Positions 62,101 through 64,000 of a stretch of 64,000 nucleotides of DNA are shown in pieces. Within the stretch, counting starts at the first letter, position 1. Each line of letters begins with the position of its first letter. Position numbers and translations under genes: made by a program. This stretch comes from Guillardia theta CCMP2712 (taxonomy: Eukaryota > Protista > Cryptophyta): the NCBI RefSeq assembly GCF_000315625.1, contig NW_005434644.1, positions 574,998 through 638,997 on the forward strand. Reading direction: 5' to 3'. The notes below the pieces were generated by a model. It was not told the DNA's origin. It did no database searches and saw nothing but the letters and a program-made list of their open reading frames with translations.

Positions 62101-64000
62101 GCTTCCGTCCTCCGGACCGCCAGGCTAGTCCGCCTGGCCAAGTTGATGGGGAAGTTTCCGGTGCTGCAGATGCAGATCAAGGGGATCCTAGACAGCCTGG
62201 AGGGTTTGATCAGTATTTTCTCCCTCCAGCTCCTCTTCATCTTCCTCGGTGCCGTCCTGGGCCTCAGCCTCCTCGGCGACAGCCTCCTAGTCCGCCCGAC
62301 CGACCAGCAGACCTTCCAGTCCCTCCTCACCTACGGAGCTCGACTCAAGCTCTCGATCCCCCCATGGTCCAGTCCCCTCCCGGAGGTCGACGACTTCCCT
62401 GCCATCCTTGTCAACCTCAGCTCGAGCAGCACTGGCATGACCTACCTCGCCAGCCCCAGGCTGGGCTTCTCCTACCTCTCTGCTCCGAGCCACTTCAACA
62501 CGACGACCGTGCGGAGCGGAGTCTCTCCTCGCTCCCCCATCTTCCCCTCCTTCCTGGGTGCCGTCCCTCGCACAAACTTCGACACTTTCTTCTCTGGTTT
62601 GTCCAGCCTTGCTCTTCTTCCTCCTGCTCCTCCTCTTGCCTCCTCGTACGACGTCCTCCCCTTCGACCCTCGCTCGTCTCTCGTTCCCTGACTCATCCTC
62701 TGTCGCTGCAGCATGTCAAACTGCCGTCCAAGTCATCTCGGGAGATGCTTGGTCAGCCGTCTTCATCCTCGCAGCAAGCAATGTTGGGCCTGCGATCGCA
62801 ATCTTCTTCCTCTGGCTGATCTTTGTCGGCAACTGGATACTGTGGAACTTTTTTCTTGCTACCATGGTCGTCTCGTTCCGCAAGGAGACGCTGAGGACGG
62901 AGGCTCAGGAGTCGAGGAGGAGAGTCCTGAACGCGACGGGAGGGGTGGTGCTGTCTGAGAAAAAGCAGCTGAATGAGTGGGAGATCCTGACAGACCAGGA
63001 GAAGTTCCGCAAGAGAATAGAGAGGGTAAGTGTCGGTGAGAAAGGATGTAGGAGAGGAGGGGGAGGAGGGGGAGGAGGAGGAGGAGGAGGAGGAGGAGGA
63101 GGAGGAGGAGGAGGAGGAGGGGAGGAGGAGGAGGAGGAGGAGGAGGAGGAGGAGGAGGAGGAGGAGGAGGAGGAGGGAGGAGGAGGAGGAGGAGGAGGNN
63201 NNNNNNNNNNNNNNNNNNNNNNNNNNNNNNNNNNNNNNNNNNNNNNNNNNNNNNNNNNNNNNNNNNNNNNNNNNNNNNNNNNNNNNNNNNNNNNNNNNCC
63301 CATGAAGGGAGATGGTACACATACGGTGGTAGATAGAAGTTGTCATCCACACCTGAGTATGGGGAATGAGAGGTGTATGTGTAGGTGGTGGTGGAGGAGG
63401 TGGAGGAGGAGGAGGAGGAGGAGGAGCTGTAGTTCGTGGCAACTCCGCATGTACTGAACGCTACATGTCAGATGGCTGTAGACGGAAGGTCAATAGAGGA
63501 AGTGACCGACGTCATGCGTTACTTGTCCAACAAGGAGCTGTCGGAGAGAAAGAGGATGGGCGGCCTGCTGGCTCAGAATGTATGCTCCTCTTCCTCCTTC
63601 TCTGACCGCCCCTCGTTCCTACCTCTCTCCTTCCCCATGTTTCCCTCTGACTCTGTCCCTCTCTGCTGCAGCTGCTGAAGCGACAGGAGATGTTCGAGGA
63701 GGAGCTGGCGATCGTCAAGCTGGAGGAGAAGCGAGCGCTGGTGGCGAAGCAGCCGGACATAGCGCAGAGGTGCCGGTTGATGCAGAGTCACATCAACAAG
63801 ATCATCCGGCAGACAGACGAGTCGATCCTCGTCCTCACTGCCCCGGACTCCCTGGGCTTCTTTGACTCCCTCCACCCCCTCCGCCTCTCCGTCCTCAAGC
63901 TGATTCAGTCCGCCGCCTTCACGCGCTTCATCAACCTCTGCCTCCTCTACAGCTGCGTCTGCCTCTCGCTCGAGAGGAGGTACATCTCCCTCCTCGAGAA
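59181..64000 (+). CDS. Four-domain voltage-gated cation channel (Cav/Nav-like) alpha subunit, partial (domains I, II and start of III)
   Basis: CILLNSLMLAMDDP, IFSLEILFRIVA, GWNFLDIAVV, S4 ALRSLRILRPLRAI, pore NFDD...FQIFTLDSW; domain II S4 VLRTARLVRLAKL, pore NFDTF...VQVISGDAW; domain III start SLGFFDSLHPLRL. Confidence 0.9.
63053..63298. repeat. (GGA)n microsatellite followed by 100-N assembly gap (63199-63298), intronic
   Basis: Direct observation. Confidence 0.95.

Noticed and set aside
62905-63457. Poly-G/E/P/R ORFs around the gap
   Set aside because: Translations of an intronic (GGA)n microsatellite and Ns

Overview
Gene-dense eukaryotic nuclear DNA with many very short (~40-60 nt) GT-AG and some GC-AG introns. 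It is most consistent with a cryptophyte alga such as Guillardia theta; this is inferred from intron style, a tripartite plastid-lumen leader, an LRLRGG-type leader and purine-rich tracts. About 28 spliced genes can be read by hand; boundaries are manual reconstructions and approximate. Recognisable products: MSI/RbAp48-type WD40 protein, class I SAM methyltransferase, TPR protein, two PDZ proteins, 3-hydroxyisobutyrate dehydrogenase, atypical Ser/Thr kinase, FAAH-type amidase, choline/ethanolamine kinase, HEAT-repeat protein, secretory DnaJ, HIS4-style HisIE and a separate HisD, MORN+SAM protein, Rxt3-domain protein, TAT-type thylakoid lumen protein, secretory GT-D (DUF1792-like) glycosyltransferase, and a partial four-domain voltage-gated cation channel with a 100-N gap. 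Most notable: (i) the two halves of a HIS4-like enzyme as separate genes 11 kb apart; (ii) small orphan proteins with a shared (R/K)xQxL / xEL leader-end motif, including a 56-aa Tyr/Ala-rich ejectisome-protein candidate; (iii) a 426-bp near-perfect inverted duplication; (iv) two recurring intergenic module classes (oriented GGGT/ACCC clusters and GC-rich CCGG/GACTC islands); (v) a bacterial-type GT-D glycosyltransferase. No rRNA, tRNA, CRISPR array or transposase was seen.
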